From a virus (lineage: Duplodnaviria; Heunggongvirae; Uroviricota; Caudoviricetes): a stretch of DNA of 64,000 nt. Below the pieces are notes generated by a model. That model was not told the origin of the DNA, did no database searches, and was given only the letters and a program-made list of their open reading frames with translations. The DNA lies in the IMG/VR virus record IMGVR_UViG_3300006217_000002. One strand, written 5' to 3'. Of the stretch, positions 9,297 through 18,386 are shown piece by piece. The translations under genes were made by a program, and so were the position numbers. Numbering within the stretch: the first letter of the stretch is position 1; each line of letters begins with the position of its first letter.

Positions 9297-9326
9297 ATAA
9301 GAGGGAGCAATCACGCTCCCTCTTAT
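9297..9326. terminator. Terminator hairpin, core identical to 42377-42398
   Basis: ATAAGAGGGAGC-AATCAC-GCTCCCTCTTAT. Confidence 0.8.
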
Positions 9327-9329
9327 ATA

Positions 9330-9599
9330 CTACTGTACTCTGAACTTTTGGGCGTATTGCCTCATGTCGTCTGGTTTTACAAAGTCAGTAAACATTGGCG
9401 TCTGATCATTGTATTTGTATCCTTGTACAGTATATGTATTTCCCTGTACCCCATTATATATCTTGAGATAATATTTTTGGAATTTAACAATGATGCCTTC
9501 TTGGGTTCCAGTTGTTCTTACAACTCCTTTTACTCCTTTGAAATAAGACGCCAGCATTTCTTTTTCTTCATTACCAACTTTGCCATCGAGGATAACCAT
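9330..9599 (-). CDS. Hypothetical protein
   Basis: 89-aa ORF coupled to the upstream gene. Confidence 0.75.
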   Translation of the reverse strand: MVILDGKVGNEEKEMLASYFKGVKGVVRTTGTQEGIIVKFQKYYLKIYNGVQGNTYTVQGYKYNDQTPMFTDFVKPDDMRQYAQKFRVQ

Positions 9600-10162
9600 T
9601 AGATCACCTTGCCATTTACATCCTTACGAACTTTGGTCTGCAGGAATGTAGGAACTGGACTCTTTGTCTTTACCTGCACGGAATCCTTAGTAGTGATTGT
9701 ACACGTACCAAGATTCTGCTGAGTCTTAGGATCCCTTACCTGTACTTCCTTTGTCTTACCCTTTACATCTCCAAGGTAAACGCTACCGCCGAATGTAGGC
9801 TGCTGAGGAAGATCAAACTTCTTACCACACTTGAGCTGCTCTTCAACAATGTACGGAATAGCTTCAGCCAAACCGGTTGTAACGATCTCACATGTGTCAA
9901 GCACACCTGCTTCTGATTTCTGCGGATACTTTGCCTTTTCAAGCGTCTTTTTCAGATCGGACCTGATCATCTCGGAAATATTAACGGTCCCATTAGGTTT
10001 ACCATCTTTACCGAATGTTGTAACATTGAATGTTGTATCATTGGCCATCGCAGACACAACATCGCTGAATCCGGTCTTACTGAATGCTCCCTTTCCTGTA
10101 AGGATATCATTGACCTTGTCTTTGCCCTTCATTTTCTCCAGAACTTCATTTACTACTTTCAT
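9599..10162 (-). CDS. Putative HU/IHF-like DNA-binding protein with N-terminal extension
   Basis: C-terminal half KKFDLP...GSVYL...VQVRDPKTQQNLGT...VQVK resembles the HU beta-ribbon arm (RNPxTG); high-expression codon usage. Confidence 0.45.
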   Translation of the reverse strand: MKVVNEVLEKMKGKDKVNDILTGKGAFSKTGFSDVVSAMANDTTFNVTTFGKDGKPNGTVNISEMIRSDLKKTLEKAKYPQKSEAGVLDTCEIVTTGLAEAIPYIVEEQLKCGKKFDLPQQPTFGGSVYLGDVKGKTKEVQVRDPKTQQNLGTCTITTKDSVQVKTKSPVPTFLQTKVRKDVNGKVI

Positions 10163-10282
10163 TGTAGTGTCCTCCTTTATTTTTGTTAATATTGGAACAT
10201 TTTACATCTTCAGTAGTTACTGTAAATATTTTTAATTACAGCAAAATACTCAGATAAACATATGTTCCTATATTTCACAGTA

Positions 10283-10292
10283 ATAATATATA
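10283..10292 (-). promoter_or_regulatory. TATATATTAT motif
   Basis: Exact copy about 120 nt upstream of 10162. Confidence 0.5.
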
Positions 10293-10302
10293 AATAAAAT
10301 AA

Positions 10303-10337
10303 ATACAATAGCCCGAGAATTTCTCGGGCTATTGTAT
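10303..10337. terminator. Terminator hairpin
   Basis: ATACAATAGCCCGAGAA-T-TTCTCGGGCTATTGTAT. Confidence 0.8.
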
Positions 10338-10340
10338 AAA

Positions 10341-10754
10341 CTAATTTTTTACTTTCTCTACCTCTCTTTGAAACTCATTAGTCAGATCAAGGACCATCTG
10401 ATACTCTTTTCTAATATCAACGATCTCCGAATTAAGAGTATTAAATTGCTTCTTTAATTCTTCTGATAATTCTAATACTTCATCAGTTGGAACGTTGATA
10501 CCTGCTACGTTTGTGTTTTTAAGAATGTAGAGGTTGGTGTCAAGAATCAGAATCTGAATTTGATATATTAATGCTTCCCTTTCCTTTTCCTTTTGGGTCA
10601 ATTTCTGTTTAAGCATTTTTTCTTTTTCGATGAACGTGGTCTGTTCATCTATTTTATTGATTACTTTGTCTTGTTTTTTCTGGATCAGTAAAGTAATTAC
10701 AGAAAATACACCAGTTATTACTGCGATAATCACAGTAGAAAGATATTGATCCAT
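10341..10754 (-). CDS. Holin-like membrane protein (one N-terminal TM plus coiled coil)
   Basis: STVIIAVITGVFSVITLLI then a charged heptad-rich tail. Confidence 0.5.
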   Translation of the reverse strand: MDQYLSTVIIAVITGVFSVITLLIQKKQDKVINKIDEQTTFIEKEKMLKQKLTQKEKEREALIYQIQILILDTNLYILKNTNVAGINVPTDEVLELSEELKKQFNTLNSEIVDIRKEYQMVLDLTNEFQREVEKVKN

Positions 10755-10797
10755 TGATATCGACCTCCTTCCATAGATATTAAATTATTTTATGATC

Positions 10798-11409
10798 TTA
10801 TTGAATCATCTTACTTCTGATCTCTCTAGATAAAGAATCATATCGATTAATAATACTTTGATATTCCCTTATCAAGAGAATAATGAACAACATCAACGTT
10901 AGGAATATAGATATATAACACGCAATGTTGAAGTATAATAACTCTTTTTCTGCATCGTCACTATATGAATACACCATGAGATATCGTTCACCACTTGGAA
11001 GATCAGTCCATTTATAATAAATATTTATGATCTCGTCAGTCGATATAGTAACCGTGCCTTCATCTTTGGATAGAAATTCAGCTTTCATTTCAGGATGATT
11101 ATGAATTCCTTTATAATAATTACTTACATCAAGAAACACCATTCTTCCTATTAAATTGAAATCAGGATCAAAAACTTCAATCATTCTACAAGAATCTGGA
11201 TAATATTCTATAACAGGTCTTCCATTTTCCTTAAATTCTTCAGCAACTTCTTGCTTATGTAAAACAACTACAGATCCATCATCATATAAAGAGAGAAAGC
11301 CATGCATTCTTTTGACAGAGTTATAGTTCATTATAAAGCACTTACATATCATGATAGCTATGATTATGAATATTTCTATTCTGATTCTTGTCTTTTTCTT
11401 TTTACTCAT
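10798..11409 (-). CDS. Two-TM membrane protein with extracytoplasmic PDC/Cache-like domain, paralogue B
   Basis: TM-about 125 aa-TM; shares YxPDSCxMIE motif with 11440..12051; start MSKKKK chosen by RBS. Confidence 0.6.
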   Translation of the reverse strand: MSKKKKTRIRIEIFIIIAIMICKCFIMNYNSVKRMHGFLSLYDDGSVVVLHKQEVAEEFKENGRPVIEYYPDSCRMIEVFDPDFNLIGRMVFLDVSNYYKGIHNHPEMKAEFLSKDEGTVTISTDEIINIYYKWTDLPSGERYLMVYSYSDDAEKELLYFNIACYISIFLTLMLFIILLIREYQSIINRYDSLSREIRSKMIQ

Positions 11410-11439
11410 GCATAGCACCTCCTATCAGAAAAGTAAATC

Positions 11440-12051
11440 TTAAATTTGTTCATTAACTTCATTACGAATATGACGGGCTGTATCTCTATACTCTCGTATC
11501 TTATCGTCATAATGTTTATTATGAAGCCTGATAAGAAGAGCAAATACTAAGATTAGTACCAGATATGTTACGAGATGAAATACCCAGATATTGGATACTA
11601 CAGGTTTAATACTGTAAATAATAATTAATCTTAATTCACCTCGAGTATTTGTGACCCATTGGAAATAAACTGCTTCTTCATACCCATTAACAGATATTGT
11701 TGTTTCTCCTTCCTGACTACTCCTCAATAGTTCAATTAATTCAGGATAATTATTAATATCATTCTTAGGAATATTCTCATCCTTGAATTGAATAGAAAAA
11801 AGTAGTTCAAAATTCTCAGAATACATCTCAATCATCTTACATGAGTCTGGATGATATTGGAGTATTTCTTCTGCCAGTTCCTCGTCATCTGAATATGGTA
11901 GATCTTGTCGGATAAAAAGAGCCTCCGATCCTGCCTGTTCCAGCTCAACTAACTTGTTACTGGTGAACACATTTAGGAAAAGCATACATGCTGCAATCAG
12001 TAAAACTATAATAGTTTCGATATTAATAATAGATCTTTTTTTCTTCGACAT
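11440..12051 (-). CDS. Two-TM membrane protein with extracytoplasmic PDC/Cache-like domain, paralogue A
   Basis: TM-domain-TM; YHPDSCKMIE, EGETTISV...VYFQW. Confidence 0.6.
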   Translation of the reverse strand: MSKKKRSIINIETIIVLLIAACMLFLNVFTSNKLVELEQAGSEALFIRQDLPYSDDEELAEEILQYHPDSCKMIEMYSENFELLFSIQFKDENIPKNDINNYPELIELLRSSQEGETTISVNGYEEAVYFQWVTNTRGELRLIIIYSIKPVVSNIWVFHLVTYLVLILVFALLIRLHNKHYDDKIREYRDTARHIRNEVNEQI

Positions 12052-12125
12052 TTATGATCACCTTCCTTTCTTTTTTAATAAAATATTACAGTATCTTTCC
12101 CTTAATGAAAAGTTAATTAGATATT

Positions 12126-12160
12126 AAATATAGGGAGAGGATTGTCCTCTCCCTATATTT
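12126..12160. terminator. Terminator hairpin
   Basis: AAATATAGGGAGAGGA-TTG-TCCTCTCCCTATATTT. Confidence 0.8.
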
Positions 12161-12168
12161 GGTTTGTT

Positions 12169-13116
12169 TTATCTTGCATATAATCTATAGATACCTTCGA
12201 TTGAATCTCCCTCTACTAGTGTAATACTTGGACGAGTAAAGTGTGTGAATAATCTCAATGATTCATAATCATTTTTCATTGGGTTATACCATCCTGAAAC
12301 TAGCCCGAATTCATTAATTCGTGATGTAGCTTCAGTTGTTGTAAAGAATCCTCTTCCATCTGCATCACTGACTGATATATTGATCTCTACATAAGATTCA
12401 ATAGGAATAGAAGAAGTAGAAGCAAATACAGTGTCATCAACAATTGCAAGTTCATTTCTATTGTCAGTAACATATGAATGAACGATATGAGGAGCAGGAT
12501 CATCAAACTTCTTTACATAGTAAGAAGTTACAGATTCTCCAGAATTACCAGGAAACGATTTAATCTGACCAAAATATTTACCATCCTGGAATGGATATCC
12601 ATCGTTGCTCATTCTGAATGGAATTGCTCTATATAATGTTCTATCTCTATAGTTAGGAGCAATAGCCGTAATATTATCTTCTCTCGATCCTCCATCTCCA
12701 ATCATAAATCCGAAAATGAAATTAAGAGCAGAAATATTTACTCCTGTATTCGGATTTAAGTTTGGATTATTAATGCTTACTTCTGAATCATAATAGATAG
12801 ATGCATATTCAGCTCTTTGAACACCTATCTTCATTTGAGGAGCTTCATCATTAAGGTCCCCTACTCTTAATGTACTTTCCTGATCCAATCCGATATTGAA
12901 TAATTTATCAAATGCAAACTGGTATCCTCCAATAGGAACAATATTACTTCCTCTATATGTCTCTTCTTCAAATTCTGTTCGATATGACTGTCTTCCATAT
13001 GGATCTATAAAAGGAACTACATGTCTTCCCTTTCCGAATATTACTTCCCCGTATAATCCACCTGGAAGATTTTCATGTGTTCCTACCCTGTCTTTAAAGT
13101 TTATTCGTCTACTCAT
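12169..13116 (-). CDS. Putative virion structural (baseplate/tail) protein
   Basis: SNIV...IGDGG...INEFGL...LFT...IYRLY pattern recalls myophage baseplate/tail proteins. Confidence 0.5.
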   Translation of the reverse strand: MSRRINFKDRVGTHENLPGGLYGEVIFGKGRHVVPFIDPYGRQSYRTEFEEETYRGSNIVPIGGYQFAFDKLFNIGLDQESTLRVGDLNDEAPQMKIGVQRAEYASIYYDSEVSINNPNLNPNTGVNISALNFIFGFMIGDGGSREDNITAIAPNYRDRTLYRAIPFRMSNDGYPFQDGKYFGQIKSFPGNSGESVTSYYVKKFDDPAPHIVHSYVTDNRNELAIVDDTVFASTSSIPIESYVEINISVSDADGRGFFTTTEATSRINEFGLVSGWYNPMKNDYESLRLFTHFTRPSITLVEGDSIEGIYRLYAR

Positions 13117-13195
13117 AGTTATTTCATTCCTTTCTTTTACTTAATAAATAAATTTACTCTTTAGTCAAAGTAAATACTGACTTAAATGGAAGGAG

Positions 13196-14488
13196 TTGCA
13201 AATTATGGCAAAAGGCGATGGTAAAAAATATTTATGCCGATATCAAGTTCCAATGTTGATATTTATGTTAAAAGGTGAACGATTGGAAATGAATCCAACT
13301 AATATAATCTCTATAGAAAAAATTGATGATTACGAAAGAAATATTAGATCAATCATAAAAGTTTCTCTAAGAATAGACACACGAAGGAAACTTTGGTTAT
13401 TAAAAAACAAAAGAGAAATTAGTTGCAAATTCGAACTTGATAAAGTTGGTATGGATACTGAAACAGAAGCATTCACAGTTGGAACTGAAGCTGTATGGAA
13501 TTTAGAATTTAATATATACTTCAATGATGAAGATGAAACTACTGATACAAAAGCTCTTGAAGAACGAATCAAAGCTAATGAACCAGCTGATTCTGTAAAC
13601 AACATTCAAGAAGAAAGTTATTTTGAATCAGAAAATCAACTTGACGTATATCTATTTCATTCGAAAATGATAAATGCTTCTAATAAAACATTTAATGGTG
13701 TATTCACGGAAGCCATTATGCAGGATATTATTGGAAGAATAGTAACCGAAACTAAACATCCAAAAGTATTAATGAGTCCAATAGAAAACGATGAAGTATA
13801 CAAGGAATTATTAGTTCCAGCGAATCCTGCATATAAATGTTTTATTTACCTAGATCAATATTATGGTTTTTATAAAGATGGAGCTATCATATATTATGAT
13901 CTAGATACATTGTATATATTGAATTCAAATGGTAAACTTACAGCAAAACGTCCAGGAGAATGGTCTGAAGTTGTATTTCTAATAGATCAATTAGACGGAG
14001 CATTTCCTGGAAACGGTATGCAAAGAAAACCAGGTGAAGAAAAATATTATGTAAATATCAACGAAACCAATATCAATCCAAAGAAATATTCTGAAACTAC
14101 TAATGAAAAAGTTGGTAGTAGTGCTAAAATAGTAATGACAGATGATATTGAAATAGATGAAGTATATGCTGAACAATCTACAATGGGCCAGACTAACGAG
14201 TGTATCAAATATGCAGATAAAGACAGCAGCAAATATAGTTCATCCATAATTACAGCACGTATGGAGGAAAATGATTGTGTGATGTATATTAATGCTGAGA
14301 ATCTTGATTTAGAAGCATTTACTCCAAATAAAACTTATAAATTGATATTTACTGAAACATCCAAGCAAGAGAAGTATGGTAAATTTAGTTATCGACTAGC
14401 GTATGCATATCATTTCATTGAAAAAGAAAGTACTGAATTTATGATATCGTCTCATAGATTCATGTTAAAGAAATGCGCTTCCAACTAA
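13196..14488 (+). CDS. Putative virion structural protein (baseplate hub-like)
   Basis: 430-aa ORF among structural genes; weak resemblance only. Confidence 0.35.
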   Translation: MQIMAKGDGKKYLCRYQVPMLIFMLKGERLEMNPTNIISIEKIDDYERNIRSIIKVSLRIDTRRKLWLLKNKREISCKFELDKVGMDTETEAFTVGTEAVWNLEFNIYFNDEDETTDTKALEERIKANEPADSVNNIQEESYFESENQLDVYLFHSKMINASNKTFNGVFTEAIMQDIIGRIVTETKHPKVLMSPIENDEVYKELLVPANPAYKCFIYLDQYYGFYKDGAIIYYDLDTLYILNSNGKLTAKRPGEWSEVVFLIDQLDGAFPGNGMQRKPGEEKYYVNINETNINPKKYSETTNEKVGSSAKIVMTDDIEIDEVYAEQSTMGQTNECIKYADKDSSKYSSSIITARMEENDCVMYINAENLDLEAFTPNKTYKLIFTETSKQEKYGKFSYRLAYAYHFIEKESTEFMISSHRFMLKKCASN

Positions 14489-15666
14489 ATTATCAATGTT
14501 AATGATTGTCTTGCTTTTGTTATTCCTGTATACAGTATTCGTTTCTGTAATTCAGGATCATCAAACTCATTCATTTCTGTAGTCATTGTTACTTTATTCC
14601 AATGGCTTACTCTAGCTGTATACACAGATAAAGCATATGCATATTCCAAATTAATAATGTCATCTGGAATTTGTTGCCTGGATGGGGTTTCGACCCCGTT
14701 CAGGTAATGCCTATTCATATATAGGTCAGTAAATGATTCATGATAGAAATCAGGTTTAAAATCAATTGGTACATATTTAGTCACTTCTGCATGCTTATTA
14801 CACTTAGATAGAGTTCCAACTAATCCTTTTGTAAGATATATCTTTATCTTCTTTTCATCTTCATTTACTAATCTTTCTCCATAAATATTATCCATAACAA
14901 CCATGCGTTCTCCAACGATATTAATAGAATTCTTAATTTTTAAAATCTTTTCCCTGTAAATTCTATTAATTTCTTTCCTCATATTTTCTGTCATGGTTAT
15001 TGTCATATCAGAAGATCTAAGATTATATAGATTCATTTGTTTTTTCGAAACTACTGATACTTTATCATAGTTTCCTGGTTTTATTTTCTCATCATTCAAT
15101 ACTTTATGAGCGAAATATACGATTGGGTTTTTAATTAATTCAGGATTAACTTCATTAAATTCTATATTAGAATCTCTCATAAATGTGAACGTATCAGGAG
15201 ACGGAATAAGCATTGGATCTCTTATCAAGATGATTGGTAATCCAAACGTGCATAAATCATTAAGGGTTGATTCATTTATTAATATCGAATCAAATACAAC
15301 TATCAATCTATATTTTGGATCAATCTTTTTTCTCACACTCTTTTTCCATACAAAATCTATTTGTGTACTTCTTCTATTAATAACAGGAATTGTATCGAAA
15401 TCTACTATGCGGGTGTAATTATATATTATTCCATTAATATAATATGCGTGGTATCTCTTAGCAGCCATTTCAAGAACTTGCTTTTGATCATAAGATAGAT
15501 ACATAATTTCTCTAGGGTCAAAACCAATATTATCTATAAATTTCTGGATAGTTTCCCATACACCAGTTCCAACAACTCCAGAAATTTCTATGATCTGATG
15601 GTTAAATTTCTGATACCAACGTTCAAGTTTAGCGAGACCGTAATATTGATCATTTGTTAGTGTCAA
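14485..15666 (-). CDS. Degenerate SF1B (Dda/RecD2-like) helicase homologue, probably ATPase-dead
   Basis: Motif order retained: SGVVGTGVW (Walker A, no Lys), VFDS (Walker B), YAYALSVYTARV (for HKSQG), LYTGITKAR. Confidence 0.75.
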   Translation of the reverse strand: MTLTNDQYYGLAKLERWYQKFNHQIIEISGVVGTGVWETIQKFIDNIGFDPREIMYLSYDQKQVLEMAAKRYHAYYINGIIYNYTRIVDFDTIPVINRRSTQIDFVWKKSVRKKIDPKYRLIVVFDSILINESTLNDLCTFGLPIILIRDPMLIPSPDTFTFMRDSNIEFNEVNPELIKNPIVYFAHKVLNDEKIKPGNYDKVSVVSKKQMNLYNLRSSDMTITMTENMRKEINRIYREKILKIKNSINIVGERMVVMDNIYGERLVNEDEKKIKIYLTKGLVGTLSKCNKHAEVTKYVPIDFKPDFYHESFTDLYMNRHYLNGVETPSRQQIPDDIINLEYAYALSVYTARVSHWNKVTMTTEMNEFDDPELQKRILYTGITKARQSLTLII

Positions 15667-15747
15667 TTAAATCACCTTCTTTGCTTTACTTATGTTATAT
15701 TATGTCGTTAAAATTGTAGTCAATATTAAAACAAGGAGGATCTAAAT

Positions 15748-16089
15748 ATGAGAAGAAGATGTCCAAGAGAGCCGAATAAAAAGAAAGAAAAGAAATGGAG
15801 AATCGGTGATGACACTGGATTATTGGACATGAATAGAAACTCTATTCTACTTGGAGATTATATTAAACTAAAAAATACTAATTATGATGGTCCGGTATTA
15901 TATAACAAGGAACAAGGAGAACTTGGTATATGTTTCGGATTATGGTATGGAGATTTAAATCCATATGACGAACAGTGCTATGGAAAATTTATAGCAATCC
16001 CTAAAGATAATGGAATGAGGATGGAATTAATTCCTATAGCACAATCTGAAGCTGAATACGATAGATGCATATTAGATGGGAGGATATAA
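15748..16089 (+). CDS. YopX-like phage protein
   Basis: TGLLDMNRNSILLGDYI matches the YopX TGLKDKNGKEIYEGDI pattern. Confidence 0.5.
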   Translation: MRRRCPREPNKKKEKKWRIGDDTGLLDMNRNSILLGDYIKLKNTNYDGPVLYNKEQGELGICFGLWYGDLNPYDEQCYGKFIAIPKDNGMRMELIPIAQSEAEYDRCILDGRI

Positions 16090-16092
16090 GTA

Positions 16093-16773
16093 ATGACAGA
16101 TAAAATGATTGAAATTAAATCTAACAGAGATACTGTAATAACTGTATGTGGAAGTATGAAATATTGGGATGATATTATTGAAACTGCTTCCAGACTTACT
16201 AAAATGGGTTATATCGTATTATCCCCATACAGAATTAATATGGATGTAACAGACAATGAAGAAGAGATTAGAATAAAACTAAAAGACAGCTTCGAACGAA
16301 AAATTGATATGTCTGATATTCTCTTCGTTGTTAATAAAGATGGATATATAGGAGAAAGCGTTTATAGTGAAATTCAATTCGCTATTAAGCATAATAAACG
16401 AGTTGAATTTTTAGAAGTAGGAGATATAGCTCCTATATTCACTATATGTGGTAGTAAAAAGTTTGAGGAGCAGATCTTGCAATATGCAGATAACCTAAGA
16501 AAAGCAGGAAAGATAGTATTTACACCTGAGAGCTTTAATATAAAGAATCCTGATAAGTTAACAAAAGAAGAATGGCAAAGATGGCACAACATACATTATC
16601 AAAAGATGCAAATGTCTGATTATATCATAATCTATGATGAGGGCGGTTACATAGGTGATGATACAAGAAGAGAAATCGATTATGCTTTACTAAGGGGAAT
16701 GAGAGTTATTTACTTCAGTAAAATGCAAAAATTTGAAGACATTAATAATTTAAGACAGGAGGTATTAATATGA
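16093..16773 (+). CDS. Tandem-duplicated nucleoside 2-deoxyribosyltransferase-like domains
   Basis: Two copies of (I/F)T(V/I)CGS...K(I/M)xMSD...GYIG...EIx(F/Y)A. Confidence 0.6.
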   Translation: MTDKMIEIKSNRDTVITVCGSMKYWDDIIETASRLTKMGYIVLSPYRINMDVTDNEEEIRIKLKDSFERKIDMSDILFVVNKDGYIGESVYSEIQFAIKHNKRVEFLEVGDIAPIFTICGSKKFEEQILQYADNLRKAGKIVFTPESFNIKNPDKLTKEEWQRWHNIHYQKMQMSDYIIIYDEGGYIGDDTRREIDYALLRGMRVIYFSKMQKFEDINNLRQEVLI

Positions 16774-17249
16774 TCAAAGCTTCAGGTATTCCTAGTAAAG
16801 AGGAATCAAAGAAAATTATAGATAAATTATCTAGAGATACAATAGATGAATTATCTGATGTATTTAAGTATTGGAACCGAGGTCATAAAACTGGTGGAAT
16901 TAGATTAACTCAGGAATGGTGTATGGATGCAGTACCAGCGATAATGGATAAAAAGGTTTCTGAACTGGATATTCAGGAGCAGCTCATCATGATAATTCAT
17001 TTCTTAATAGGAGACAATTATTCTTCTTTAAAAGAAACAAATGATCATAAAATAACTGATGAAGAGATCAACTGTATCAAGGCGGCATCAGGGTTCATGG
17101 AAATATTTGCTAAAACACATGCTGATATGATAAATCAGTTATTAAATAAAAATGGTAAATCAGTACAAGAAGTAGAGCTCAAACGTATAAGAGATTTAAC
17201 TAAAAAAGAATTATTGCTACTAATAGCAAATATGAACTGGGAAACCTAA
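16770..17249 (+). CDS. Hypothetical protein
   Basis: 159-aa ORF, GGAGG RBS. Confidence 0.75.
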   Translation: MIKASGIPSKEESKKIIDKLSRDTIDELSDVFKYWNRGHKTGGIRLTQEWCMDAVPAIMDKKVSELDIQEQLIMIIHFLIGDNYSSLKETNDHKITDEEINCIKAASGFMEIFAKTHADMINQLLNKNGKSVQEVELKRIRDLTKKELLLLIANMNWET

Positions 17250-17269
17250 TAGAAAGGATATAAAGTTAA

Positions 17270-17407
17270 ATGAAGAAATGTATCATTGCGGCGCTTGCTA
17301 TTACATCAATAATCACAATAGCGTTTGGATTATTGATGTATAAGATAGGAGAGAATTATCACTACATGACAAGATGTGGTACTGGTATACATAAAAGAGA
17401 TTATTAA
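17270..17407 (+). CDS. 45-aa membrane miniprotein (MKKCIIAALAITSIITIAFGLLM...)
   Basis: Hand-translated; AAAGGA RBS; one TM. Confidence 0.65.
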   Translation: MKKCIIAALAITSIITIAFGLLMYKIGENYHYMTRCGTGIHKRDY

Positions 17408-17417
17408 GGAGGGTAAA

Positions 17418-17690
17418 ATGAAATTAAATGTAGAAGTGACCGATGAAGAATATGATGAACTATTGTAAAAAGCTAAAAAAGAAGTAAGGAGAGAACTCAC
17501 AGACGAAGTATTAGAAAAATATCTCAAAGAGAATTTTTATGCTTCTTCGTTAGCAGATTTTCTAAGGCTATTTGATCTATATGGTAAATCGGAAATGTTA
17601 CAAGAGAAACAAGTTAAAGATCTTACAAGGAATGATAAAGCTATATTAGCTTTTACATGGTTAGGATATTTAGATTTATTTGGGAGGTAA
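17418..17690 (+). pseudogene. 90-codon gene interrupted by an in-frame TAA at codon 17
   Basis: AAGGAGG RBS, MKLNVEVTDEEYDELL*KAKKEVRRE...LDLFGR*; TAA at 17466-17468, frame continues. Confidence 0.7.
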
Positions 17691-17693
17691 TTT

Positions 17694-18386
17694 ATGATAC
17701 CATATATTGGAAATGATTGGGATGAAATTCTCGAGAAAGAATTTAAGAAAGATTATTTCCAACGATTAATGAATTTTCTTGACTATGCTTATGATTATAA
17801 AGATATCCTTCCACCACGGAAGGATATCTTTAATGCATTAAAAACCACATCTTACAAGGATACAAGAATTATTATCGTTGGTCAGGATCCTTATATTAAA
17901 CCAAATCAAGCTCATGGATATTCATTCTCTGTATTACCAGGAAACGAAATTCCACCATCATTATATAATATCTTCAAAGAACTTCATGATGATATGGGAT
18001 GCTATATTCCTGATAATGGATGTTTATTACCATGGGCTGAGCAGGGAGTATTGTTATTAAACTCCATTCTTACAGTAGAGAAAGGTATTAGTAATTCTCA
18101 TGCCAGAAAAGGTTGGGAAGAATTTACTGATGCAATTATAGATGCATTAAACCGTAAAGAAGAAAGTATGGTATTTATGCTATGGGGTAATTATGCTAAA
18201 CGTAAAGGAGCAATAATTAATCCTAACATGCATCTTGTATTAAAAGCTGCACATCCAAGCCCTTTAGCAGGAGGAGCATTTTTTGGATGTAAACACTTTT
18301 CATTAGCAAGTCAATACTTATATGAAACGACACCAAATACAATTGATTGGCAAATTCCAAATATCTATAATCAGGAGGTAAAATAA
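17694..18386 (+). CDS. ung: Uracil-DNA glycosylase, family 1
   Basis: GQDPY, GVLLLN, HPSPL motifs. Confidence 0.95.
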   Translation: MIPYIGNDWDEILEKEFKKDYFQRLMNFLDYAYDYKDILPPRKDIFNALKTTSYKDTRIIIVGQDPYIKPNQAHGYSFSVLPGNEIPPSLYNIFKELHDDMGCYIPDNGCLLPWAEQGVLLLNSILTVEKGISNSHARKGWEEFTDAIIDALNRKEESMVFMLWGNYAKRKGAIINPNMHLVLKAAHPSPLAGGAFFGCKHFSLASQYLYETTPNTIDWQIPNIYNQEVK

